The notes under the pieces: generated by a model | Databases searched by the model: none | Told to the model about the DNA's origin: nothing | Seen by the model: the letters and a program-made list of their open reading frames with translations, nothing else | Source of the DNA: Eledone cirrhosa | Lineage: Eukaryota | Reading direction: 5' to 3' | Assembly (NCBI GenBank): GCA_964016885.1 | Contig: OZ024743.1 | Span: forward strand, 86,428,001 to 86,492,000 | DNA length: 64,000 nucleotides | Shown: positions 26,571 to 38,975 of the stretch, piece after piece | How positions within the stretch are numbered: position 1 is the stretch's first letter | Layout: every line of letters starts with the position of its first letter | Translations under genes and position numbers: made by a program

Positions 26571-26574
<4 letters not shown>
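26383..26574 (-). repeat. Fold-back element, same family as 1990-2188
   Basis: Palindrome 26460-26574 centred on ctatttctg-gaa-cagaaatag; shared tail; between (TA)n. Confidence 0.75.
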
Positions 26575-26631
<57 letters not shown>

Positions 26632-26634
<3 letters not shown>

Positions 26635-27595
26635 ATAGTGGACCTGATATCACTGCTCTACACCAACACCAAAGCCCAAGTCATTACACCTGATGGGGTG
26701 ACAGAGTTCTTTGAGATACTGGCTGGAGTGCTCCAGGGAGATACATTGGCTCCCTACTTTTTTATCATCGTAGTAGACTATTGTATGCGCCTTGCACTGG
26801 AGAAACACCAGGACTCTGGCTTTACTGTAGCACCAGCTCAGAGCAAGAGAATTAAGGCGAAAAAGATATCAGATGCTGAATTTGCCGAAGACATAGTTTT
26901 GCTGACAAATACAGTGAAGGAGGCAGAGGATTTGATGCAGGAGGTTGAGACTGTGTCGATGAGTGTGGGGCTGAGAATGAATGAGACTAAAACAAAATAT
27001 CTGGTAGAGAATGTTGAGAAGCCAGAGGGGATCATTAATGTAGGCGGGAAGCCGTTAGAATTGGTTGAGGACTTCCTGTATTTGGGAGCAAAGGTTGGGA
27101 ATACGGAAGATGATGTGGTTGAGAGGAAGAGCAAAGCCTGGGCGGCGTGCCACAGCTTGATATCGGTGTGGAAGTCGGACCTTCGTAAAGACCTGCAAAT
27201 CCGCCTCTTCATTGCTGTAGTGGAGTCTGGGCTGCTGTACAAGTCTGAAACTTGGACACTGACCAAGAAACTCACTTAGATGGTGGATGGGTGCTACACG
27301 AGAATGCTGAGGATGGCTCTGAACATTAATCAGTATACACTGAGGATGAAAAACTCAGAGCTGTATGAGAGCCTCCCAAAAGTCAGCTCAAAAGTAACAC
27401 AGGAGTCTGAGGTTAGCTGGACATGCTCACCGACATGGACACACTGGAAGAGGAAGACCAAGGTTAACGTATCTTGATGCCCTAAGGACAGACACTGGCC
27501 TGTTGGAGACGCAGGACATGGCAGCGATAATGAGGGACAGAGACCGCTGGAGAGAACTCGTCCATGGATCTCGGGAATTTTACCCGGCCTAGAAA
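26632..27595 (+). mobile_element. RTE-like LINE, 5'-truncated RT C-half
   Basis: GVLQGDTLAPYFF, FAEDIVLL, GLRMNETKTKY, FLYLG, SETWTLT. Confidence 0.88.
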
Positions 27596-27669
27596 TATAA
27601 ATATATATATATATATATATATGAATAAAGTGGTCCCTCATCAGTGATCTTCCAACCATCATCGGTATT

Positions 27670-27732
<63 letters not shown>

Positions 27733-27829
27733 ATGTGAATATGTATATATGTATAAATATGTATATGTGTATATGTATATATATATAAATATGTGTATGT
27801 ATATATATATATATATATATAAATATGTA

Positions 27830-27888
<59 letters not shown>

Positions 27889-27894
27889 AGATAT

Positions 27895-28205
27895 ATTTCT
27901 TTATTAGCCACAGGGGCACAAAAGAAGGGGACAAATACAAAGGGGGAAGTTTACATACAATAAAAACGTGTAAAATGTTATCACAGATGGAATTTAAAAG
28001 TTAGTCGATTTTCCCCAATAGAGGGAGACAGTTTATATGGGTAACACAGACCCCCGAAAAAAATGTGCAACCCTCATCTCCAGGAGTACGAAGAGCTTGT
28101 ACTCCTTTCCTCTCCTCCTCCTTTTCCTCAACCTACAGGCTGATATAGAGAGAAGGCCCATTCACCCGGGCCATTCTCGCCACTTTCACCCACCTTTCAT
28201 AAAAC
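27895..28205 (-). mobile_element. Probable 3' end of a LINE (Tx1/L1-like)
   Basis: Minus-strand reading RWVKVARMARVNG..* followed by UTR and AATAAA next to (TA)n; recognised by resemblance only. Confidence 0.35.
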
Positions 28206-28266
28206 TTGCTATGTATAGATAGATAGATAAATATACACGGGTGTGTAAGATTGTGTATAGAAGATT

Positions 28267-28604
28267 ATATTAATAAGAGGAATTCCAACTTTGTCTGATT
28301 TACTCGTTATATTTACAATCCTTTAAAATTTATAATGGTATTATAATGAAATAGTATGATAGAATATTAAATGTTAAGTGTTAATTGAATTGTGTGGTGA
28401 CAGTCAAGTTTGCAATTTTGAACTATTGAAAATTGCAAACTTGACTGTCACCACACATTATGAACCTGAAGATTGCGAAAGCATGAAAGTACTTGTTCAA
28501 TTAACATTTAATATTCTATCATACTATTTCATTATAATACCATTATAAATTTTAAAGGATTGTAAATAAAACGAGTAAATCAGACAAAGTTGGAATTCCT
28601 CTTA

Positions 28605-28610
<6 letters not shown>
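28267..28610 (+). repeat. Nested palindrome with hammerhead at 28461-28499
   Basis: Outer arms ~100 bp, inner hairpin 28392-28457; tgaac-CTGAAGA-ttgc gaaa gcat-GAAAG TA CTT-gttca. Confidence 0.85.
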
Positions 28611-28651
<41 letters not shown>

Positions 28652-28656
<5 letters not shown>

Positions 28657-28861
28657 TTAGTTAAGCAAAACAAGACCACAAATTTCACAAGGAAGACATT
28701 ATTTAAAGATTGTCAACATAGTTGTAGTTTAATGTAAGGAATGTAAAGAATAATAATAATTGTTTCTACTTTAGGCACAAGGCCAGCAAATACCCAATGC
28801 ATTATTGGTACTTTATTTTATCGACCCCGTAAGGATGAAAGGCAAAATCAACCTCGGCGGG

Positions 28862-28892
<31 letters not shown>

Positions 28893-29050
28893 TAATAATG
28901 TCCGTTTACAATTGTTTCGCTACTCCATATAATGTATATTAGTATTATTATTATTATTCTTTACATTCTTTACATTAAACTACAACTATGTTGACAATCT
29001 TTATATAATGTCTTCCTTGTGAAATTTGTGGTCTTGCTTAACTAATGAAT
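28652..29050. repeat. Inverted repeat (~105-bp arms) enclosing a SINE fragment and a half-hammerhead
   Basis: attcattagttaagcaa.. / ..ttgcttaactaatgaat; loop contains SINE 3' half (28755-28862) and minus-strand GAAACAATTGTA. Confidence 0.8.
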
Positions 29051-29219
29051 ATTTCCAGCTCTGTGCACCTAACCTGTGCATGAACCCAGCCACCTAGCTG
29101 CCTTCCACTGCATATTGCACATTGAACATGCCTTTACGCTTTTGACTTCTAACTAATTCACCAATCTCTCTTCTCCTCCCCTATCTCCATCTCTTTCTTT
29201 GAGATTGGTTACTCTTGAA

Positions 29220-29334
<115 letters not shown>

Positions 29335-29460
29335 AACATTAATGATTTCTCACGAATGAAACAGTTCTAGTCCTGTAGAAGCTCTTCTATATTAAAACTT
29401 TTATACTCTGCTATGTATTGAGTACCTTACTGTAGTTACCTCCGATTCAACCCGGATTAA

Positions 29461-29539
<79 letters not shown>

Positions 29540-29594
29540 AATCAGGAAAGAAGATTGACATGGTTTGCAATACAAAAAAGGTTTTTAATCTAAT

Positions 29595-29702
29595 TGCTGA
29601 CAATTGTTTCTCTGAACTGGTAGGTCTAGAGATCGCTATTCGCTTGTTTTCACGTTACTCGATCGCCAATACAAAATTATAACCAGTCAGTTCTTCGGAG
29701 CA
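29595..29702 (-). ncRNA. Hammerhead with CCGAAGA core and long stem II
   Basis: tgct-CCGAAGA-actgactggt...accagttcaga-GAAAC AATT GTC-agca; hairpin at 29782-29838 upstream. Confidence 0.6.
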
Positions 29703-30152
29703 TGCGAGAATGAAGAGAATATACAGGCATGAATGGAATATACAGGCTACTATATGAAGTAGTAATGGCATTCAGTTAGAACAATAGCAACAATTACAAC
29801 AATGCTAGTAATAAGCATTGTTGTAATTGTTGCTATTGGGGGGGGGGGGTATAGTGTATCTAAGATTTCGGCGTGTAAAACTAGCTGACATGAAGCAGAA
29901 GTATAAGTTTGGCATGTCGTAGGGTGTATTGTATCAATTTTAAAGATAAGCCGGTGTTTATCACCAATATAGGTCAGGTGGCCGTAATGTTCAGTATTTA
30001 TCTGACCGACGAAGTATTTATCATTGAGTAGAATTTGTGTGGTCTACATTAGATGAGAATACAGTCTTTCTTTTCATCTTCAATAACATACATGAATGGA
30101 ACAACACTGTCAAAGCTAAATAGTGGGCGAGTTAATACAGAGGTTAAGGAGG

Positions 30153-30205
<53 letters not shown>

Positions 30206-30599
30206 TATATACACATATATACACACACACATATATATACACACGCATGTGTACATAGACACATACACATCAATATACACTCGTACAAATACATACATAT
30301 ATGCAAAGAGATAAACATGCTGACTGTAATTATGGCAAAAGGAAGGTAAAGTTACATTGTAGTAGTGATTTGAGAAATTCTTGGATTTAGGATTAAATGA
30401 TGGCAGCAGCTGAGAAGGAATAAGTTTATGGGTTGATGAGGTACTTACAGACATTTGTGTGGTAAAGACTTGTGAAGGCTAGAGTGTACTTAATGAGTAT
30501 ATTTCTGTGGTGATTTATGTATTGATATCATCCACTACCAGGAATACCATAACTGGACTACACCTAAGGGGACTGGATATAACTATTATTTGTTACCCC

Positions 30600-30700
<101 letters not shown>

Positions 30701-30820
30701 TGTATGTATGTATGTATGTATGTATGTATGTATGTATGTATGTATGTATGTATGTATGTATGTATGTATAAATAAATGAAAGGTATAGAAAGTATTGTAG
30801 CAAGAAGCCAACAGTATTCC

Positions 30821-30911
<91 letters not shown>

Positions 30912-31199
30912 GTTTAAATCATCATCATTTTCATAATCATCATTTTACGTCCGCTTTTCCCTGCTTGCAAGGGTGGGACGGGAACTGATTCTGGCTTGAT
31001 TTCTACAGCTGGATGCCCTTCATAACACCAACCTCATTTACAGCGAGTGGTGGGTGTGTTAAGGGTGAAAGCAGCTATTCTTTGCTTAAACTTTAATCAG
31101 TTATTTAAATAAATATTTGCTCTAGGGTTCTTATATATTTTATATATATTTATCCTTATTGAGCCCTCTTTAGATTTTAGTCTTCGCATTTATTATTAT

Positions 31200-31242
<43 letters not shown>

Positions 31243-31771
31243 GTGCCCCCTCGTTATCGAGTATGGCCATTGCACGATATACCATTATTCATAATTATTA
31301 ATTAATTCTATCGTGCAATGCATGTGCGTGAAGATATTTTTTAAAGTGAGGAAAGACTGTGCACTGAGCCAATCCCACTCCCTAAGCGACAGTAGCTATA
31401 ACCCGAAAAGAAGAAAAGTTCAACATCATCGGTAACTACTGAGACGAATGCCCTGACAAAGGCTAGGAGTCCTTCACTCCCAGTGGTTTAACCGCGTGAG
31501 CGGGTGTCCAGCCCGACTATTTCTATGTCCCGCACATATACATACATAGGTACATGTGTATATACATATTTACACACTTTTGGGTGGCCGTTGACTCTTA
31601 TGAGTTCTTCCGCCCTTTGTCAGGTTTTGTTTTTTGTGCTGCAGGGTGTCCAAAATCACCCTCCTCACCAAGTAAACTTGGTGGGGTTGCCGGTTTAGTC
31701 GCCAACGACCCGACCATGCGACAGGTTGTACTGGGTTACATGCTACCAGTAGTACTCAAGAGCGACCCGAC

Positions 31772-31819
<48 letters not shown>

Positions 31820-32085
31820 AGTTATACACGTTAATATAAATTAATATATATGATAAAACACAAATACCAACATATAAGTGTTTGTATTGTATTGTAAATG
31901 ACTAAGTTAGCTAGATTGAAAAATACTAATTATAATAATACAGTTTGCCTGTCTCGATTTAAAATAATAAATCAATAAAAACAAACGATATTGGCAAAAG
32001 GCCGTGGTACTTAGACAAATTTAAATTTCAAAATCAAGCCTGTTCCGTAGATAGGACTGCTTGAGTTTAGAACTCATTATTCTTA

Positions 32086-32124
<39 letters not shown>

Positions 32125-32131
32125 AACATTT

Positions 32132-32176
<45 letters not shown>

Positions 32177-32246
32177 TACATACATATATACATATATATA
32201 TAAATATACATACATATATATATAAAATATATATATACATATATAC

Positions 32247-32281
<35 letters not shown>

Positions 32282-33028
32282 CAGGTAGTAAATTAAACAT
32301 CAACCGTAGTTTATTGGAACTCAACCCACACGACCAACCACCGCCGCCAGTTCTAACCGTTGCAATATAATTTCTTTATTTTATTAGTCAACCCTCTCCA
32401 CCACACTCACAATTACACTTACACCCACCCACACCAAATGTTTGATTTGATTTATTAGACTTTGATTAATGTGGACATTAATTCTCTCCCTCTGCTCTCT
32501 GTCTTTTATCTTTAAATTTTTTTTCATGTTTTGAAGATTTTTCTTCATTTCTTCATTTCATATTATCTTTCCTTCCTTCGACTTTACTTTTTTTTTTTTT
32601 GACGATTATCTCGTTTTCTTTCGTTTTTTGGTTGATTTTTTTACAATTGTTAATTGTTTATTTGTCTAAAGCTCTTTCTAAATGAAGTCTCTGTACCTAT
32701 TTGCCATCCCCTAGCTTGTACGCCTGCTGCGTTAAACTTGTGCTTCTAATGTTAACTTAACCCACTTGGTACTTAACCATATATATAATCTTCCTGATTG
32801 CTTCCAATGTAACAGCTGCGTTATTCTATGCTTTTGATATTTCAGACACTAACACGTGAACCACATTAACCCAGTCGTTTCCACTTTAAATTTTCTTGTA
32901 TCACATTGTATCCAATATTTCCGTTTTCCTTTCTTTTTTTCCGTCTACCATTTCATATTAATATTTCAGAAATAATACTTTCACTTCAAAATAGTTTCTC
33001 TGCCATTAAAAAAAAAAGAAGATAAACG

Positions 33029-33397
33029 CAGTGGAACCTCGACCCACAAACTTAATTCGTTCGTCAACCAAAATGTTTGTAAGCCGAAACTATTGATCTC
33101 ATACGAAATGTTGAGAGAGAGAGACTGTGTGTTACAGCCACTCAACCAACAACAACAGAAAAAACACACACAACACCCATGAAGAACACAGATAGATATT
33201 ACCATAGTAACTAACTACACAGCAATTGACGCTTTCTCACCGATACTCTCAGTTTGTCGTCAACCGTTGTTGCCGGCTTGCGTGTTCGTTACTCAAGACA
33301 CCGTTTGTCAGCTGAGACGTTTTTTTTTTTGTCGTAAAAATTGTTTGTGAACTGATTTGTTCGTGATGGGAGGCGTTCGTGAACCGAAATTCCACTA
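33029..33397. mobile_element. MITE (Tc1/mariner-pogo/Tigger-like ends)
   Basis: CAGTGGAACCTCGACCCACAAAC ... GTTCGTGAACCGAAATTCCACT imperfect TIRs. Confidence 0.55.
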
Positions 33398-33399
33398 TT

Positions 33400-33476
33400 A
33401 TTTTATTGCCTTTCATCCTTACGAAGTCGATAGAATAACGCACCAATAATACACTGGGTTCGATTTAATCGACTCC

Positions 33477-33508
<32 letters not shown>

Positions 33509-33938
33509 TGTTGGCCTTGTGCCTAAATCAGAAACCATTATTTTATAGAGGTAGTAGTATCGGTAGAGGGTCGGACGCCATGCTTTCCAGCATAGTTACG
33601 TCCCTTTACGATCTGAGTTCAAATCCCGCCGAGGTTGACTTTGCTTTTCATCCTTACGGGGTCGATAAAATAAAGTACCAGTAATGCACTGGGTAATTGC
33701 TGGCCTTGTGCCTAAAGTAGAAACAATTATTTTATAAATGGCGGTGAATTGGCAGTATCAGTAGAGGGTCGGACACCATGCTTTGACGCATAGAGTTACG
33801 GCCTTTGCCATTCTGAGTTCAAATCCCGCCGAGGTTAACTTTGCCTTTCATCCTTACGGGGTCGATAAAATAAAGTACCAGTAATGTACTGGGTAATTGC
33901 TGGCCTTGTGCCAATAGTAGAAACAATTATTTTATAAA
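33400..33938 (+). mobile_element. Tandem tRNA-derived SINEs (one partial + two near-full copies)
   Basis: A-box-like TGGCAGTATCAGT, B-box GAGTTCAAATCCC, shared body ctttcatccttacggggtcgataaaataaagtaccagt. Confidence 0.8.
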
Positions 33939-34071
33939 TGTTTCTTTTCTTTTAAACGTTTGCTCACAATTCATTTCATTGGTATATGTAATAAAACAAT
34001 ATTGACACAAACTTTTTAGCTAACATACGGTCTTTTCTTTTATTATCGCCATTCCTCTACAGCTGTTATTA

Positions 34072-34292
34072 AAATAATTGTTTCTACTTTAGGCACAAGC
34101 CCACCAATTTTCGGGGAGGAGAAAGTCGATTAAATCGACCCCAGTATTTACTGCTACTTTATTTTATCGATCCCGTAAGGATGAAAGGCAAAGCTAACCC
34201 CAGCCGGATTTTAACTCAGAACGTAAAGAACCGTAACTTTATGTCGCTAAGCATGTTGTCTGACGCTAAAATAATTGTTTCTACTTTTGGCA
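34072..34292 (-). mobile_element. SINE, same family, reverse orientation
   Basis: Reverse complement of the SINE body; also at 28755-28862 and 43715-43812. Confidence 0.75.
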
Positions 34293-34899
34293 CAACGCCC
34301 TGAGCTTATGACATGGTCTGACTCGATAAAAAAAATCTTTGATTTTTTATTTGACACTCCCTTGGGAAGGCAGTATGTTGTGGACATACTACATAAAATA
34401 TGACGAACTAATAAGTCGTATATAGGTCAAGACTACTTCCAGTTGAGGTGCAATGTTGTGGATTTGTGGCTAGATTTACCATGTCCTACTTATAAGGCTT
34501 GGAAAAGAAAGTAGAAAGGTAATGTCAGAACTGGAGAATAGAGAATAGGGAACTGGAAAAGTTTCATTATAGATATGGCAAAAACATTTAAGTAAAAAAA
34601 AAAAAAAACAGCACTGAGAGCAAAGAGCAACCCCTCATCAAGGAGAAAACATTATAATTCCCTGAATGATGGAAGTGGTTACAACAGCATCATGATTCTG
34701 GTAATAGGAGTGTGGATAATGAGGGAAATTGTGTTACAGCGTGGAGCATCAGACTCGTTGCAAGGAGTGATAATGTCGGAAGGTTTCCGAAATTGTACAG
34801 ATCTTGAGTATATACAGATCTATTTATCTATCTATCTACCTGACGCGTGGAACATCGCTGGTAAGCTTTTTTGTAAATTTCTATACAAAAAACTGAACT

Positions 34900-37428
34900 A
34901 AGTGTTTGAAAAAAAATATCATTTTGTAGATTAACCCCCAAGCTGAATTGTCAGCTGGGTGGTAATCCCATTTTTCGTCCCTTTAGGGGCGAACATTTTA
35001 TTTTAAAATTGTTTTAAAAAATCAAATTTTGCCGACTATAACACATGAATAACCCGGAAAGAACACCGGAGAACGTTAACAGAGAGAAGAGAGGTAGTAA
35101 GGCAGATATTAAGGTTGTATCTGCTTCTGCCACTTTGGGCGTCGTCAGAGATACGACTGTCAACAAGGAAAAAAGAATATTGCCAATTGAACATTTAAAA
35201 ATTTCTACCGTCGAAGCGGAGAAAAATAACACACAACAGTAATTAAACCTATTAATATACATACACATGAAACAGCCAACAACAAAAACTCCATAGATAC
35301 ATCTACAGATAAAATTTCACCTCGTCAAGAAATTGCGATTTCCAACACCGAGGCTAACAACGATAACAACAACAACAACACCACAAAAAAAAATGTCTTT
35401 CACTGAAACAGTGAACAAAAAACAAAATTTTATAAATCTTGACATCTCCAATGCAAGAGATGTGCTCCAGCAAGGGAGAACATTTGTAATTTTCGAAGAC
35501 AAGGGTGGGTTTAGAATCAACTCACCCCTCGAAATAAAACAAGAGACAGTTCGAAGTACAGTGACCTTCAGGACTGTCTCAAACACAACGAGAAAGCCAA
35601 TATTTGTGAGTCAAGGAGACATAGAAGCCACTTTGAAGGAGACTCTAGAAAATATTGACTTTCTTCAACGAGGAAAACAGTACGGAAGTATTTCTGTACT
35701 GTTTAAAAGCGAAGCACTCGCCCCAAAACATTCTGTGACACCAATGGTGTCAAAAGCATTCACCTTTTTCCCTACGTACATGGGAAAAAGGACACAAAAA
35801 ATAAAAATAAAAAAATATACCACCAAACATTAACATCTGGTGGATCTTGGCTGGCTTCGTAGAGCCAGAGACTGATGCTATTCTTTCAATACGAAAGTCT
35901 ATTAGACAAAGGTGGGCGGGTACTGATTTGGAGATTCTGATGCAAATGAAACCGGAGAGAGTCTCCAAAATACCCGAAAAAGTCGTCATCGACGACAACA
36001 ACAAAATAGACATTTCGGTGGAGGGGCGTAAACTTCATTGCTTTCGCTGTGGTAGCACAACACACCTAAAGGCCTCCTGTCCTTCACAAACACACCACAA
36101 CAACATCATTAAAAAAACACTATTACCAACACCAACACCAAAACAACCACCACCACAAGTACAACAGACGAAACGAGCAAACACACCAAAACAAACAGCC
36201 ACTCAACCAACAACAACAGAAAAAACACACACAACACCCCTGAAGAACACAGCCCCACCCCATCCCACTCTAACAAACACTACCACAAACACGCACACTG
36301 AAACACAACCACCACACAACATACCCCTACCCCACACCCCTGACGATGATTATTCATTAACAGATGAGGCTGCTTCTCCTTCTTTAAGTGAAGAAGGAGA
36401 GCCTCGGAAATCTAAAAAACAAAAAATAGAGACACAACAAAACTCCAATCACCAACACCAACACACAACCACAGACACAAACAACAACACAAACAACACC
36501 ACAGTCAAACATCCCCCTACCAGCAAAACCAACACCAACACCACCCCAAACACAAGCACCCACCATAAAAAGAAAACTCCCGGACGAACAACAAACTAAA
36601 ACAACACAACAAAAACACAAACAACAAGAGTTTGATGGAGGTCATCTCCCAAAACCCCAAGGTGGAGACGGAGGGCAAAACTTTCGTCAAAGCAGAATCG
36701 TCTCCACACCTAAAACTAATAAGGGTTTCGATAGAAACCTATCAGAAATTGAAAGAACAATTTTCGCAAGATGTTGGCAACCCCTGTCAAAAACCTATTA
36801 ACCGCGTCTTATTAAAATGTTTCCCCACCCCACCTAACACCCCCACCAGAACTGAAATGGAGATTGAACAACCCGATCTCCAGTAAACGAAAAGGTAAGT
36901 GCACCTTTCGTCCTTTTCGCCAATTCTTCTCCACCAACATGGCTGACTTACGAGTTGGAAGCGTGAATGTGCGTGGCCTAGGGATGCCCTGGAAACAGGG
37001 CCAACTTTTAAACGACCTTAGGTCACACAGTATGGATGTGATAGCAATCACCGAGTCCAGGATTCACAACAGGCAGTAACTAACCGCCATCTTCGACGAC
37101 TTTGAGATCTACGCATCTCTCTGTCAGCCAGGAGGAGGAGGAGTGGCTGTCATGTTTCGGAAGAACCTGGACGTCGAAGTACAGCAAGTACACTTGGACC
37201 CGGAGGGTAGACTGGTAGTCCTAGACGTGAACAGTATTTGAGGTGGAGCTTTCAGACTGGTGGCCGTTTATGCCCCGACCGGGCAATCACAATCACGGCC
37301 AGACTTCTTTAAGCGTCTAGAGTCTTTTCTGGGAACGTCTCGCTCCTTACTTTTAGTGGGGGACTGGAATGGTATCCTAGATGCACGATGGAACTATGTG
37401 GGAGCATGTCCCAGTAGAGAGGGGTGCA
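34900..37428 (+). mobile_element. Tx1/L1-type LINE 5' part: gag-like ORF1 and start of ORF2 endonuclease
   Basis: CFRCGSTTHLKASC zinc knuckle; MADLRVGSVNVRGL..DVIAITES; GRLVVLDV, FRLVAVYAP, LVGDWN; broken at 37429. Confidence 0.85.
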
Positions 37429-38942
37429 ACGATAATTAAAAATATAAATTAAAGCGTAAATAATACCTCCATAACTATATAACACACGTACAGATCCAAA
37501 GATATGTTTCACCAATAATTTGTTGAAAGAAATGGGTTAGTCTCTGTTCATCAGCGTGTGTAAGGCTATATATTTCAGACAACACTAAGAGAATTTTAAA
37601 ATTGACTGTCCAGCTACACGTGGGAGAGAGTAGTCACAGCGTGTTTAAGGGCAGTGAACCAGTGGCCTCTGAGATACGAACTGCTAGAAAGGGCAGCCCA
37701 AAGCCACTCAGAGAAGTGTGCTCAACCAAACAGAGATAGGAAAGACTGTTATTAGGAGCCAAATATCACGATAAATTAACGGAGGCATAGGCCCTCGCTA
37801 TTCCCTGTAAATAATGTGCTCAAAGGAGAAGAGATCCTGAGCTCTTTCAAATACAATATGTTGAGAAGGTAACACACCAGAGAGAGATATACAGTGCGTT
37901 ATCAATAATACAGGGAATAGCGAGGGCCTATGCCTCCGTTAATTTATCGTGATATTTCGCTCCTAATAACAGTCTTTCCTATCTCTGTTTGGTTGAGCAC
38001 ACTTCTCTGAGTGGCTTTGGGCTGCCCTTTCTAGCAGTTTGTCCCTCAGAGGCCACTGGTTCACTGCCCTTAAACACGCTGTGTCTTCTCTCTCCCACGT
38101 GTAGCTGGACAGTCAATTTTAAAATTCTCTTAGTGTTGTCTGAAATGTATAGCCTTACACACGCTGATGAACCGAGACTAACCCATTTCTTTCAACAAAT
38201 TATTGGTGAAACATATCTTTGGATTTGTACGTGTGTTATATAGTTATAGAGGTATTTATTTACGCTTTAATTTATATTTTTAATTATCGTGTCTATAGTC
38301 TGCCTTTCATAGGTTATAGATTCCATACACTGGTGGTTTTTTCCCCTGTATTATTGATAACGCACTGTATATCTCTCTCTGGTGTGTTACCTTTTCAACA
38401 TATTGTATTTTAAAGAGCTCAGGATCTCTTCTCCTTTGAGCACATTATTTACAGGGAATAGCGAGGGCCTATGCCTCCGTTAATTTATCGTGATATTTGG
38501 CTCCTAATAACAGTCTTTCCATCTCTGTTTGGTTGAGCACACTTCTCTGAGTGGCTTTGGGCTGCCCTTTCTAGCAGTTCGTCCCTTAGAGGCCACTGGT
38601 TCACTGCCCTTAAACACGCTGTGACTTCTCTCTCCCACGTGTTGTCTGAAATGTATAGCCTTACACACGCTGATGAACCGAGACTACCCATTTCTTTCAA
38701 CAAATTATTGGTGAAACATATCTTTGGATTTGTACGTGTGTTATATAGTTATAGAGGTATTTATTTACGCTTTAATTTATATTTTTAATTATCGTGTCTA
38801 TAGTCTGCCTTTCATAGGTTATAGATTCCATACACTGGTGGTTTTTTCCTTTGTATTATTGATAACGCACTGTATATCTCTTCTCCTTTGAGCACATTAT
38901 TTACAGGGAATAGCGAGGGCCTATGCCTCCGTTAATTTATCG

Positions 38943-38943
<1 letters not shown>
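37429..38943. repeat. Inverted + tandem array of a ~540-bp non-coding unit with three hammerheads
   Basis: Marker acagggaatagcgagggcc at 37910, 38451, 38903; inverted copy 37429-37905; HHR at 37482-37561(-), 38157-38236(+), 38663-38741(+). Confidence 0.9.
38157..38236 (+). ncRNA. Type I hammerhead ribozyme
   Basis: acacacg-CTGATGA-accga..ttggt-GAAACA..T GTA-cgtgtgt (7-bp stem I). Confidence 0.85.

Positions 38944-38974
<31 letters not shown>

Positions 38975-38975
<1 letters not shown>

Noticed and set aside
29850-30590. Possible very old PLE coding remnants
   Set aside because: Only faint motif resemblance with many stops
31238-31772. GC-richer island between (TA)n tracts
   Set aside because: Probably retroelement UTR fragments but no family or ribozyme could be assigned by eye
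33738-33832. tRNA gene
   Set aside because: A/B boxes belong to a SINE head; no convincing cloverleaf
34380-34810. SYIGQ-like GIY-YIG trace and hammerhead-like remnant
   Set aside because: Too degenerate; no CUGANGA core or continuous frame
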